From an uncultured Roseateles sp. (lineage in GTDB: Bacteria > Pseudomonadota > Gammaproteobacteria > Burkholderiales > Burkholderiaceae_C), in NCBI GenBank assembly GCA_966211495.1, contig CBIHOT010000020.1:5188-69187 (forward strand): a stretch of DNA of 64,000 bases, in the 5' to 3' direction. A program made the position numbers and the translations under genes. The stretch's first letter is position 1. Every line of letters starts with the position of its first letter. A model generated the notes under the pieces. The model was given only the letters and a program-made list of their open reading frames with translations. It was not told where the DNA came from and ran no database searches. Below, in pieces: positions 28,737 through 37,811 of this stretch.

Positions 28737-29277
28737 ACTGCGTCACATTGATTTCGTAGAGCAGGCTGGCGGCCTCTCCGGGGTGATCCGCCACCGAGCC
28801 TTTGAGCCGGAGCCCCAGACGTTCCACCGTCTTGCGTGCAGCCACGTTGCCGGGGGGCAACAGGGACTGCACCTCTCCCGACTTGAGATCGTGAAACGCC
28901 AGCCGCAGCGCGGCCAGCGACATTTCCGCGGCGTAACCACAGCCCCAGAAGTCGGAGCGGAAGTGGAATTCGAGCAGCAGCGTGGGAACGCCGGTCACCA
29001 GCGCACGGGTCAGGCCGCCGAATCCGATGGCGCCAGCCTCGGGATGGTCCTGCAGTTCCACCGCCCAGGGGCCAAAGCCATCGGTCGCCCACCGGGCCTG
29101 CCAGTCGGCGAGCCGGGCCGCAGCGCCGGTGCATTCGGTACCGAAACGAAGATTGGCCGGGTCCATCAGCGCTTCATGCAGCGCGCGCAAGTCACCCGGA
29201 GCGGGGGCCCGCAGACGCAGACGTGCGGTGAGCAGGTCCGAGGTCAGGCCGGGAACAGAGGTATGCGGCATAAACAT
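28687..29277 (-). CDS. GNAT family N-acetyltransferase (RimJ/RimL-like)
   Basis: Track ORF extends to 29481. The sequence is LLTARLRLRAPAPGDLRALHEAL…FRSDFWGCGYAAEMSLAALRLAF…VAARKTVERLGLRL. The likely start is MFMPH (CAT 29275-29277). Confidence 0.85.
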   Translation of the reverse strand: MFMPHTSVPGLTSDLLTARLRLRAPAPGDLRALHEALMDPANLRFGTECTGAAARLADWQARWATDGFGPWAVELQDHPEAGAIGFGGLTRALVTGVPTLLLEFHFRSDFWGCGYAAEMSLAALRLAFHDLKSGEVQSLLPPGNVAARKTVERLGLRLKGSVADHPGEAASLLYEINVTQFKACPPQQPEPTPFGA

Positions 29278-29490
29278 AGGGTTAGTACCTAAATTATGCG
29301 CCGCACCCGTATCCGTACGACAAAAGAGATGGGTCGCCGACTCTAACGAAAGGCCATTCGACGCGATGCGAACAGGAACCCGGACGCTTCGAACCCAGGG
29401 CGAACTTTTCATCCACGCTTCGTGCGGGATTCGTCCGAAGTCCCTGTTCCCGTGACCTTGACCTGCTTGCCGACCGGACATCGACTCCTA

Positions 29491-29509
29491 TACTGTATGC
29501 CCATACAGT
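29491..29509 (+). promoter_or_regulatory. LexA (SOS) box upstream of imuA
   Basis: TACTGTATGCCCATACAGT contains the beta/gamma-proteobacterial consensus CTGT-N8-ACAG (29493-29508). It lies 12 nt upstream of the imuA ATG. Confidence 0.9.
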
Positions 29510-29520
29510 CTTTTTTGATC

Positions 29521-30396
29521 ATGTCATCCGAGCTTGCCGAGGCGGGGGCCCTGCCCTCTCCAGCGGGACTGCTGTCCCCTTCACAGAATGCCGCCGGCCC
29601 CGAGCCCGCGCCCTTGCCGCCCCATGTGGCGGAGGCGTTGTGGCGCGGAGATTCGTTCGGCCGGTCCTGCAACACCCACTGGGCCAGCGGCTTCCCCGCG
29701 CTGGACGCTGAGTTGCCTGACGGCGGATGGCCTTCCCGGCAGATCACCGAGATCCTGCAGCCGCAATTCTCCCTGGCCGAATGGCGCCTCGTCGGCCCGT
29801 CCCTGCGGGACGTCGTGGCCGATGGCGCCGCGGTGGTGATGGTCGGCCCGCCCAAACGACCGCATCTGCCAGGCCTGCTGCACCTCGGACTGAACGATCG
29901 CCAGCTGGTCTGGCTCTCCGCCCGCGCCCCTTCCGAGCGGCTCTGGTGCGCGGAGCAGCTCATCAAATCCAATGCGGCCGGCGCCATCATGGCCTGGTTG
30001 CCGCAAGCCGCGCCGGAGCAATTGCGACGGCTGCAGGTGCTCGCCCAGTCCTTCGACGGCCCGGTCTTTCTCTTCCGCCCCCTGCAGGCCCGCCACGACC
30101 CCTCGCCGGCGCCGCTGCGCCTCACCGTGGAGGTGGATGTGGACTGGCAACTGCGGGTCACCCTCATCAAGCGCAAAGGTCCCGCCCATGAGCAGCCGCT
30201 GGTGCTGCCCTCCATCCCCGGTGGCCTGGAACTGGTGCTGACGCCGCGGGTCATGCGGCCCAGCGGCTGGGTGTCGCAGCCGGATCGGGTGCCCGTGCCG
30301 GAGGCCGTCGCTGCGGCGTCGTTCTCCCCTGCGTCTGTTGTGAAGGAGGTCCACCATGCTGTGGGTCGCCCTGATTCTTCCGCCCTCTCCTACTGA
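29521..30396 (+). CDS. imuA: Translesion-synthesis cassette protein ImuA (RecA/SulA-like)
   Basis: Track ORF starts at 29422. ALWRGDSF…GFPALDAELPDGGWPSRQITEIL is the ImuA signature. It starts at ATG 29521 after the SOS box and lies upstream of imuB-dnaE2. Confidence 0.88.
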   Translation: MSSELAEAGALPSPAGLLSPSQNAAGPEPAPLPPHVAEALWRGDSFGRSCNTHWASGFPALDAELPDGGWPSRQITEILQPQFSLAEWRLVGPSLRDVVADGAAVVMVGPPKRPHLPGLLHLGLNDRQLVWLSARAPSERLWCAEQLIKSNAAGAIMAWLPQAAPEQLRRLQVLAQSFDGPVFLFRPLQARHDPSPAPLRLTVEVDVDWQLRVTLIKRKGPAHEQPLVLPSIPGGLELVLTPRVMRPSGWVSQPDRVPVPEAVAAASFSPASVVKEVHHAVGRPDSSALSY

Positions 30397-31822
30397 CGCG
30401 GCCGAGGACCCGCAGGCGGCCCCTGCGGCTTCGTCCGCTTCGTTCGTTTCTCCCGATGCGCTGCGCGGGCTGGCGATCTGGTGCCTGCAGTTCACCCCCA
30501 GGGTGGCCCGCATCGAAGATGCGGTGGTCATGGAGGTCTCGGCCAGTCTGCGCCTGTTCCGTGGGCGTGCGGCGCTGCAGGCCCGTCTGGCGGATGAAGC
30601 GCCGGACCTGGGCGTGTGCAGCATCGGCTGGGCGCCCACCGCCACGGCCGCCCTGGTGCTGGCCCGCTGCGGCATCACCGGTCTGGGCGACCGTTTGCTG
30701 CAGGTGGTGCTGGACCCCCTGCCCCTGGACGCGCTGACCGCCGCCGCGGCCCATGCCGCCTCGCTCAGCCGGGCGGGCGTGCGCACGCTGGGGCAACTGC
30801 GCCAATTGCCGCGCGGCGGTGTGAGCCGTCGTTTCGGGGCGCCGGTCCTGGCCGCCCTGGATCAGGCCTACGGACTGCGTCCGGAAGTGCATGCCTGGGA
30901 AGCCTTGCCCGAGGACTTCCACGCCCGCATCGAATTGCCCAGCCGCGAAGACCGTGCGCCCGCGCTGCTGATGGGCGCCCGCCCGCTCCTGATGCAGCTC
31001 TGCGGCTGGCTGGCAGCGCGACATGCGGGCGCCACCGGCATCACCCTGCACTGGGTGCATGACTCGATGCGCGCCCGCGACATCGGCGACCATGGCCAGC
31101 TCACCGTCCGCACCGCCGAACCCATCCGCGAGCTGGAGCATTTCTGCCGGCTGCTGGCCGAGCATCTGGCCAAGACCCAGCTGCTGGCACCGGTGGGAGA
31201 GCTGCGGCTGGAGGCGCTGGGCGTGCAGTCCCTGCAGGAAGACAGCGCCTCGCTGCTGCCCGATGATGTCCGCACCGGCGAGACCCTTTACCTGACGCTG
31301 GAGCGCATCGCCGCGCGGCTGGGTCCGGAGCAGGTGCTGCAACCCGCCCTGGCGGACGACCACCGCCTGGAATGGATGACCCGCTGGCAGCCCTGCGATC
31401 CGGGTCGATCCAGACGCGGGGGCCGCGCACGCGCCTGTGCGGCGCCGCAGAACCCGGAGCCCGCGTTTCTGCTGGACGAGCCGCTGCGCCTGGCGGTGCG
31501 GGACCATCGCCCACACTATCAGGGACCGCTCACCCTGCTGATCGGCCCGGACCGGGTCGAGGGCGGCTGGTGGGATCGCCTGCCGGAGACCGATCCCATC
31601 GAGCCCACCGCCGCTTCAGCGACTCCCGTCGCAGGCGCCGATGCCCAGCGCCAGGCGGCCAAGGCCCCGGCAGCTTCGCCGACGGCTGATCGCCCCGGCC
31701 ATCGCAACGTCATGCGGGACTACTGGGTGGCGGTCAACGACAACGCCGGTGTGCTGGCCATCTTCCAGGAGCGCCTGGCCGATGGGGAAGGCGCCTGGTA
31801 TCTGCACGGCGTCTACGCTTGA
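30356..31822 (+). CDS. imuB: Y-family polymerase-like protein ImuB
   Basis: MLWVALILP N-terminus, with LRLFRG and GVRTLGQLRQLPRGGVSRRFG motifs. It sits between imuA and dnaE2 and overlaps the imuA 3' end by 41 nt. Confidence 0.88.
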   Translation: MLWVALILPPSPTDAAEDPQAAPAASSASFVSPDALRGLAIWCLQFTPRVARIEDAVVMEVSASLRLFRGRAALQARLADEAPDLGVCSIGWAPTATAALVLARCGITGLGDRLLQVVLDPLPLDALTAAAAHAASLSRAGVRTLGQLRQLPRGGVSRRFGAPVLAALDQAYGLRPEVHAWEALPEDFHARIELPSREDRAPALLMGARPLLMQLCGWLAARHAGATGITLHWVHDSMRARDIGDHGQLTVRTAEPIRELEHFCRLLAEHLAKTQLLAPVGELRLEALGVQSLQEDSASLLPDDVRTGETLYLTLERIAARLGPEQVLQPALADDHRLEWMTRWQPCDPGRSRRGGRARACAAPQNPEPAFLLDEPLRLAVRDHRPHYQGPLTLLIGPDRVEGGWWDRLPETDPIEPTAASATPVAGADAQRQAAKAPAASPTADRPGHRNVMRDYWVAVNDNAGVLAIFQERLADGEGAWYLHGVYA

Positions 31823-31837
31823 TGGGACGGACCGTTC

Positions 31838-34800
31838 ATGACGTCGCCCTCCGCGGACCGCCCCGCGGCTCCCCGCCCCTCTCCGGATCTGTCCGCCGCC
31901 GCGCAGGCGACGGGTGGCACGCAGCCGCAATTGCCGTCGTTGCCGCAGTTGCCCGACTATGCCGAGCTGCGCTGCATCAGCAACTTCAGTTTCCTGAAAG
32001 GGGCCAGTTGGCCTGAAGAACTGGTGGAGCGGGCCAAGGCGCTAGGCTATCAGGCGCTGGCGCTGACCGATGAATGCAGCATGGCCGGCATGGTCCGGGC
32101 CCACACGGCCGCCAAGGAACACGGGCTGCGCCTGCTGGTGGGCAGCCAGTTCGAGATCCAGGACGCTCCCTGCGACTTCACCCTGGTGGTGCTGGCCTGC
32201 AACCTCAATGGCTACGGCAATCTCTGCCAGCTCATCTCCCGCCTGCGCCGCAACAGCGAGAAAGGCACCTACCGCTGCAGCCTGCACGACATCGGTCCGC
32301 AGGACCTGGACGACTGCGTGGTGGTGGCCTGCCCCGACCGCTTTGCGCAGCCCCAGCCGCTGATGGCGCTGGCGCGCTGGCTGCTGTCCCGCTTCATGGG
32401 GCGCTGCTGGCTGGGTGTGGACCAGCTGCAGCGCAGCGACGATGAAATCCGTCTGCTGCGGCTGCGCGAACTCAGCGCGCTCACCGAGATCCCGCTGGTG
32501 GCGGTGGGCAATGTGACGATGCATGTGCGCAGCCGCAAGCCGCTGCAGGATGTGCTGACCGCCACGCGTCTGTGCAAACCGCTGACCGAATGCGGCCAGG
32601 CCCTGGAGCGCAATGCGGAGCGACATCTGCGGGCGCGCGCGCGTCTGGGCATCACCTTTGCGCCGGACCTGCTGGCCGAGACGCTGCAGGTGGCGGCGCG
32701 CTGCGACTTCAGCCTGGACGAGCTGCGCTATCGCTATCCCAGCGAAGTGGTGCCGGATGGCGAAACCCCGGCCTCGCATCTGCGCCGGCTCACCTACGAA
32801 GGCGCGGGGCGCCGATGGCCGCAGGGCATTCCGGCCTCGGTCAGCGAACAGATCGAGAAGGAGCTGACGCTCATCGAGGAACTGCAGTACGAGCACTACT
32901 TCCTGACCGTGGCGGACATCGTGGACTTCGCCCGCTCACAAGGCATCCTCTGCCAGGGCCGGGGCAGCGCCGCCAACTCGGTGGTCTGCTACTGCACCGG
33001 CGTGACCGAGGTGGACCCGGCCCGCATGCAGGTGCTCTTCGAGCGTTTCATCAGCAAGGAACGCAACGAGCCGCCGGACATCGACATCGACTTCGAACAC
33101 GAGCGCCGCGAAGAAGTCATCCAGTATCTCTACCGCAAATACACCCGGGACCGCGCCGCGCTGGCGGCGGTGGTCATCTCCTACCGCGTCAAGAGCGCGC
33201 TGCGCGATGTGGGCAAGGCCCTGGGCTTCGACCCCGAAGCGCTGGATGCGCTCTGCAGCAACCACCAATGGTGGGACGGCATGGAGATTGATGCGGCGCG
33301 GCTCGCCGAAGTCGGGCTGGACATGCAGCAACTGGCGGTGCGCCAGCTGCTGGACCTCACCCGCACGCTGCTGGGTTTTCCGCGACATCTGTCGCAGCAT
33401 CCGGGCGGCTTCGTGCTGACCCAGGGCCCGCTGACCCGCATGGTGCCGGTGGAAAACGCCTCCATGCCGGACCGCACCGTCATCGAATGGGACAAGGACG
33501 ACCTGGATGCGGTCGGCCTGCTCAAGGTGGACGTGCTGGGCCTGGGCATGCTGACGGCGCTGCGCAAGACGCTGGCGCTGATCAGCGAGCGGGATGGGGA
33601 TGTCTTCGGCGTGCAGGACATTCCTGCGGAGGACCGCAAGACCTACGACATGATCTCGCGGGCGGAGACCATCGGCGTCTTCCAGATCGAGAGCCGGGCG
33701 CAGCGCAGCATGCTGCCGCGGCTGAGGCCCCAGTGCTTCTACGATCTGGTCGTTGAAGTGGCGATTGTCCGCCCCGGCCCCATCCAGGGCGGCATGGTGC
33801 ATCCCTACCTGAAGCGGCGGCAGCAACTGGAGCCGGTGGAATATCCCAGCGAAGCCTTGAAGGTCGTGCTGGAGCGCACGCTGGGCGTGCCGGTGTTCCA
33901 GGAGCAGGTGATGCAGATTGCCATGGTGGCGGCGGGCTTTACCGGCGGCGAGGCGGATGGTCTGCGTCGCTCGATGGCGGCCTGGAAACGCAAGGGTGGC
34001 TTACAGAAGTACTACGACAAGATCGTGCAGGGCATGACCTCGCGCGGCTATGAACTGTCCTTTGCGCAGGCGATCTTCGAGCAGATCAAGGGCTTCTCCG
34101 AATACGGCTTTCCGGAATCGCATGCGGCCTCGTTTGCGCTGCTGGTCTACAGCAGTTGCTGGCTCAAATGCCATCGCCCGACCGAGTTCCTGGCCGGCAT
34201 GCTGAACTCGCAGCCGCTGGGGTTCTACTCGCCCAGCCAGCTGGTGCAGGACGCCCGGCGCAATGGCGTAGTGGTGCTGCCACCGGACGTGATGTTCAGC
34301 GACTGGGACTGCACGCTGGAGCCCTGCGCATCCAGCCGCGCGGCGGATGCGGGCGGCGGGGATCGCGGCCCGGTCCGGGCGCCGATGGCGGTGCGTCTGG
34401 GGCTGCGTCTGGTGAAGGGGCTGCAGAAGGCTTCGGCCGAGCAGATCCAGCGCGCCCGGGCGGAAGCACCGTTTGACGATGCGGAAGATGTGGCTCGCCG
34501 GGCGGGTCTCAACCAGCAGCAGATGACGATGCTGGCGTCGGGCGATGCGCTGGCCAGCCTCAGCGGGCATCGGCGCCAGCAGATGTGGGACGCCGCGGCG
34601 CAGCATGCACCACCGCCGCTGCTTCGGATGGCGCCGGTACAGGAAGATTTTCTGGAGCTGCCGCAGGCGCCGGAGGGCGAGGACATCGTCTTCGACTATG
34701 CGTCGCTGGGCCTGACGCTGCGCAGCCATCCCCTGGCGCTGCTGCGTCCGCTGCTCAAGGAGCGGCGCCTCATGACGGCGGAAGAACTGGACGCATCACC

Positions 34801-35089
34801 GGATGGGCGGGTGGTGCGCGGATGCGGCATCGTCACTGTCAAGCAGCAGCCGGCCACGGCCAAGGGCACCATCTTCATTTCGCTTGAAGACGAGACAGGC
34901 GATGTGCAGGTGATCGTGCATCAGAAGCTGTGGCAACGGCAGCGTCAGGTGATGCTGCATGCACGGCTGCTGGCGGTGCGGGGGCAATGGCAGCGCAAGG
35001 GCGAGGTACGCAACCTCATCGCCGGCCATCTGGAGGACCTGACGCCTTTACTGGGGCGTCTGCAGACCGAGAGCCGGGACTTCCATTGA
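31838..35089 (+). CDS. dnaE2: Error-prone DNA polymerase III alpha homologue DnaE2 (ImuC)
   Basis: PHP domain (YAELRCISNFSFLKGAS), Pol III alpha core (GSAANSVVCYCTGVTEVDP, DIDIDFEHERREEV, DVLGLGMLT, IVRPGPIQGGM) and OB fold. It is the last gene of the cassette. Confidence 0.95.
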   Translation: MTSPSADRPAAPRPSPDLSAAAQATGGTQPQLPSLPQLPDYAELRCISNFSFLKGASWPEELVERAKALGYQALALTDECSMAGMVRAHTAAKEHGLRLLVGSQFEIQDAPCDFTLVVLACNLNGYGNLCQLISRLRRNSEKGTYRCSLHDIGPQDLDDCVVVACPDRFAQPQPLMALARWLLSRFMGRCWLGVDQLQRSDDEIRLLRLRELSALTEIPLVAVGNVTMHVRSRKPLQDVLTATRLCKPLTECGQALERNAERHLRARARLGITFAPDLLAETLQVAARCDFSLDELRYRYPSEVVPDGETPASHLRRLTYEGAGRRWPQGIPASVSEQIEKELTLIEELQYEHYFLTVADIVDFARSQGILCQGRGSAANSVVCYCTGVTEVDPARMQVLFERFISKERNEPPDIDIDFEHERREEVIQYLYRKYTRDRAALAAVVISYRVKSALRDVGKALGFDPEALDALCSNHQWWDGMEIDAARLAEVGLDMQQLAVRQLLDLTRTLLGFPRHLSQHPGGFVLTQGPLTRMVPVENASMPDRTVIEWDKDDLDAVGLLKVDVLGLGMLTALRKTLALISERDGDVFGVQDIPAEDRKTYDMISRAETIGVFQIESRAQRSMLPRLRPQCFYDLVVEVAIVRPGPIQGGMVHPYLKRRQQLEPVEYPSEALKVVLERTLGVPVFQEQVMQIAMVAAGFTGGEADGLRRSMAAWKRKGGLQKYYDKIVQGMTSRGYELSFAQAIFEQIKGFSEYGFPESHAASFALLVYSSCWLKCHRPTEFLAGMLNSQPLGFYSPSQLVQDARRNGVVVLPPDVMFSDWDCTLEPCASSRAADAGGGDRGPVRAPMAVRLGLRLVKGLQKASAEQIQRARAEAPFDDAEDVARRAGLNQQQMTMLASGDALASLSGHRRQQMWDAAAQHAPPPLLRMAPVQEDFLELPQAPEGEDIVFDYASLGLTLRSHPLALLRPLLKERRLMTAEELDASPDGRVVRGCGIVTVKQQPATAKGTIFISLEDETGDVQVIVHQKLWQRQRQVMLHARLLAVRGQWQRKGEVRNLIAGHLEDLTPLLGRLQTESRDFH

Positions 35090-35818
35090 AGCGGCCTGCC
35101 ACGGCATCCAGGCCTCGGGAGCCTGGGCCAGCCGGTCGGCGATGATGCCGAGCACAGCGGGGTTCCAGCACAGGCCGCAGTGGCTGCCGTCCACTTCCAC
35201 GTTCTCGATCCAGTCGTGGTCCGCGGGCTGCAGGCAGGCTTCCCAGGCCACCACACCGTCACTGCGGCTGTGAATGGCGGTGAGCGGCTGCGGCGGTGCG
35301 GTCATCAGGCGCTGCTTGAAGGCTGGCTCCAGCACCGGCAACGCGCCACTGAGCAAGCGGTAGAGCAGGCTCACATTCGTTTGTTCGGCCTCGCCGGTGA
35401 TGGGCGTGCCGATGGTGATCACCTGACGGACGGGCACCGACATGCGCTTGGCAATCTCACGCGCATAGATACCGCCAAGGCTCCACCCGATCAATGTGAT
35501 TCCGCCGTCATGGCCGCTGTACCGCGCATCCACTTCCTCCGCGAGTGCGTCGATCCAGGCATCGATCTCGCCGCTGGGGCCGGTGTTCAGGCCCCGTCCC
35601 CAATCACGCGCGTCATAACCGAGCCTGCGGCAGAACGCCAGCAGTGGTGAGACGGTCTGTGCATCGGCCGCGAGACCGGGGAACACCACCACGGGATGTC
35701 CGTCCCCCGGTTCGAAGCGGCTGTGGTCCATCAGACGGCAGCTGGCGTATTCAAAGGCCGCGCGAAACGGCTCGATGCCCAGGAGTGTCCAGGACGGGGA
35801 CAGGATGGCGGAATGCAT
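35048..35818 (-). CDS. Alpha/beta-fold hydrolase
   Basis: Track ORF extends to 35902. It has the nucleophile elbow GWSLGG and a PVVVFPGL oxyanion region. The start MHSAIL is at 35818. The 3' end overlaps the dnaE2 3' end by 42 nt (convergent). Confidence 0.8.
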   Translation of the reverse strand: MHSAILSPSWTLLGIEPFRAAFEYASCRLMDHSRFEPGDGHPVVVFPGLAADAQTVSPLLAFCRRLGYDARDWGRGLNTGPSGEIDAWIDALAEEVDARYSGHDGGITLIGWSLGGIYAREIAKRMSVPVRQVITIGTPITGEAEQTNVSLLYRLLSGALPVLEPAFKQRLMTAPPQPLTAIHSRSDGVVAWEACLQPADHDWIENVEVDGSHCGLCWNPAVLGIIADRLAQAPEAWMPWQAASMEVPALGLQTPQ

Positions 35819-35948
35819 GATGCGGACCCCGAAACTCGAATCTCTATTGGGTCCGATATTCAGGCCCACCCCTGTCCCTGAGAACCCCCTGAACGCCTTC
35901 AAAACAGGTCGGACGTGACCTACACCACGTCCGAACCTGTCGCCGTCA

Positions 35949-36020
35949 TCATCGGATTAGAGCAATCAGGATGATGATGGGAATGGGCACACCGAGCATG
36001 TACAGAAGAATGGATCGCAT
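35949..36020 (-). CDS. Unannotated 23-codon hydrophobic micro-ORF (MRSILLYMLGVPIPIIILIALIR)
   Basis: Not in the ORF track because it is too short. The ATG (CAT 36018-36020) is preceded by GGAG about 8 nt upstream and lies 24 nt after the stop of the upstream membrane-protein gene. It is a single TM-like peptide, and the stop is TGA (35949-35951). Confidence 0.5.
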   Translation of the reverse strand: MRSILLYMLGVPIPIIILIALIR

Positions 36021-36044
36021 GAGAGTCTCCGGTGATGAAGGGGA

Positions 36045-37166
36045 TCAATCGTTCAGATCGCGCTGACGGCCGCCGATGGTGGCCAGCCAGCTGGCGGTGA
36101 AGGCACCGATCAGCAGGGCCACGAACATCCACAGGGCAGCCTGCATCGCGGCCTTGCGGGCGGTGTCTGCGGCATCGCGGGCGCGCGTTTCGGCGGCTTG
36201 CGCATCGGTGCGTGCGCGCTGCAACAGCTCATTCACGCGACGCTCTGCATCGGCCTGGCTCAGCCCGGTCCGCTGGGCCACCAGAGCGCCGGCCTGCCGC
36301 TGATCTTCGGGCGACAGCGTGCCGCCCTGACGCCATGCATGCATCACCAGGCGACTCAGCTCCGGCAGCAGACTGGCCGTGCCGACATCCGGCTGGGTGC
36401 GCAGCGTGGCGGGGTTGGCGCCATTCAGGCCCGCGGCATTGGCGGTGCTGCCCGCATTGCCCGCATTGCCCGCATTGCCCGACGTGGCGGTGCCGCCAGC
36501 GCTGCCCGCCGTGCCCGCTGTACCCGCCGTTGCCGCCGGATCGCGACGCAGCATCGCATCCAGGTAATAGCCGAGATCAAAACCGGTGGCATCACGCAGG
36601 CCGGACTCCATGCCGCCATCACGACCGCCGCCCATCATTGCGCTGGCGCTGCCGTCACGACCGGTGCCACTCATGGCGCCAGCGCCTGCAGCCCCTGCGG
36701 CGGCCACGGTGCCACCGGCCACGGTCGAGGCCGCTTTCACGCCGGCACCGAGGATGCCGCTGATGGTGGCGCCCAGCAGCGCCGCGGTGAACAGCGTCGC
36801 CACGGCCCAGCTCAGCAGGCCATGGGCGGTATCCCGGAAGTGCACCTCATCGACATGGGTGTCGCGCCAGCGGGTGCGCAGCCGGCCGGCCAGATAGCCG
36901 CCGAGGCCGGAAGCGGCCAACTGCGTCAGAGCCAGCCACACGATGCCGGTCACCCCGAGGGTCTGCGCCTGTGCGCCTTCGCCCGACCACGGCGACATGG
37001 CCGCCAGGCCCAGGCCCGTCCCCAGCACCAGCAGGATCAACGACAGTGCAGCCGCAGCCGCAGCGCCGGCGAGCACTGAGGCCCACGACACCGCGGACCA
37101 TGTTCCGCTGCTGGCGGAACGCAGTGCGCCGGCCTCGCTGCTATACCAGGCTTCATTCGCCACCAT
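36045..37166 (-). CDS. Membrane protein of unknown function with a Gly/Ala/Asn/Thr low-complexity linker
   Basis: Track ORF extends to 37283. The start MVANEAW (CAT 37164-37166) is preceded by AAGGAG. There are about four N-terminal TM segments, a central GTAGTAGSAGGTATSGNAGNAGNAG region, a helical charged domain and a C-terminal TM. Confidence 0.75.
   Translation of the reverse strand: MVANEAWYSSEAGALRSASSGTWSAVSWASVLAGAAAAAALSLILLVLGTGLGLAAMSPWSGEGAQAQTLGVTGIVWLALTQLAASGLGGYLAGRLRTRWRDTHVDEVHFRDTAHGLLSWAVATLFTAALLGATISGILGAGVKAASTVAGGTVAAAGAAGAGAMSGTGRDGSASAMMGGGRDGGMESGLRDATGFDLGYYLDAMLRRDPAATAGTAGTAGSAGGTATSGNAGNAGNAGSTANAAGLNGANPATLRTQPDVGTASLLPELSRLVMHAWRQGGTLSPEDQRQAGALVAQRTGLSQADAERRVNELLQRARTDAQAAETRARDAADTARKAAMQAALWMFVALLIGAFTASWLATIGGRQRDLND
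36451..36477. repeat. In-frame 9-bp x3 tandem repeat inside the membrane-protein gene
   Basis: CCCGCATTG x3 (36451-36477) encodes the GNAGNAGNAG stretch on the minus strand. Confidence 0.9.
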
Positions 37167-37306
37167 GATGGGTCTCCTTGAGATGATGCAGACCACTGGC
37201 AAGCCGCGCACCCATGACCCTGCACACGCACTGCAGCGTTTCAGCAGCGCCCGCCTGGAGCAGTGCGCTGTGTACGCGGGCACACACTGAGGAGCACAAT
37301 CAGCGC

Positions 37307-37675
37307 ATGCCGACCGCCTTCATCTACCTGAAGCTGCCCACTCCTCACCTCCCGTCGGACCATCGCCTGGAGGACCGCATTGACGAGGCCCTGCGGGATG
37401 CGGGCCTGGGCACGGTGCTCGGCTGGGGCAGCTCGCTGGGGGATGCGCCGCCGGGCCAGATGCGGCCACTGGCCTTTCTGCGCATCGACATCGAAGCCGA
37501 GGATCTGGACGGTGCACGTCAGCTGCTGCGTCCGTTTCTGCAGCGTGTGGGCGTTCCTGCCGGCACGGAGCTGCACTTCACGCGCGGCCACCAGCCGCTG
37601 CAGGATCTTTTCGACGGCACGGATTGGCGGTTGGAACAAATGATCCCAGGTGCCAAACGCAACCTTCAGCGCTGA
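37307..37675 (+). CDS. Hypothetical protein (122 aa)
   Basis: Track ORF starts at 37214. ATG 37307 is preceded by GAGGAG. No domain recognised. Confidence 0.55.
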   Translation: MPTAFIYLKLPTPHLPSDHRLEDRIDEALRDAGLGTVLGWGSSLGDAPPGQMRPLAFLRIDIEAEDLDGARQLLRPFLQRVGVPAGTELHFTRGHQPLQDLFDGTDWRLEQMIPGAKRNLQR

Positions 37676-37811
37676 CCTCAATCAATGAACATTTCTGGCC
37701 CATTGGCAGTCACTCTCGGGTCTTGATGGGAGAGGGAGCGGGAGAGTCCTCGCCATTTCTCATCACTGTTTCCCGACCTCGGTCCCGCGCCACTCTATGC
37801 AGTGCTCGGTT

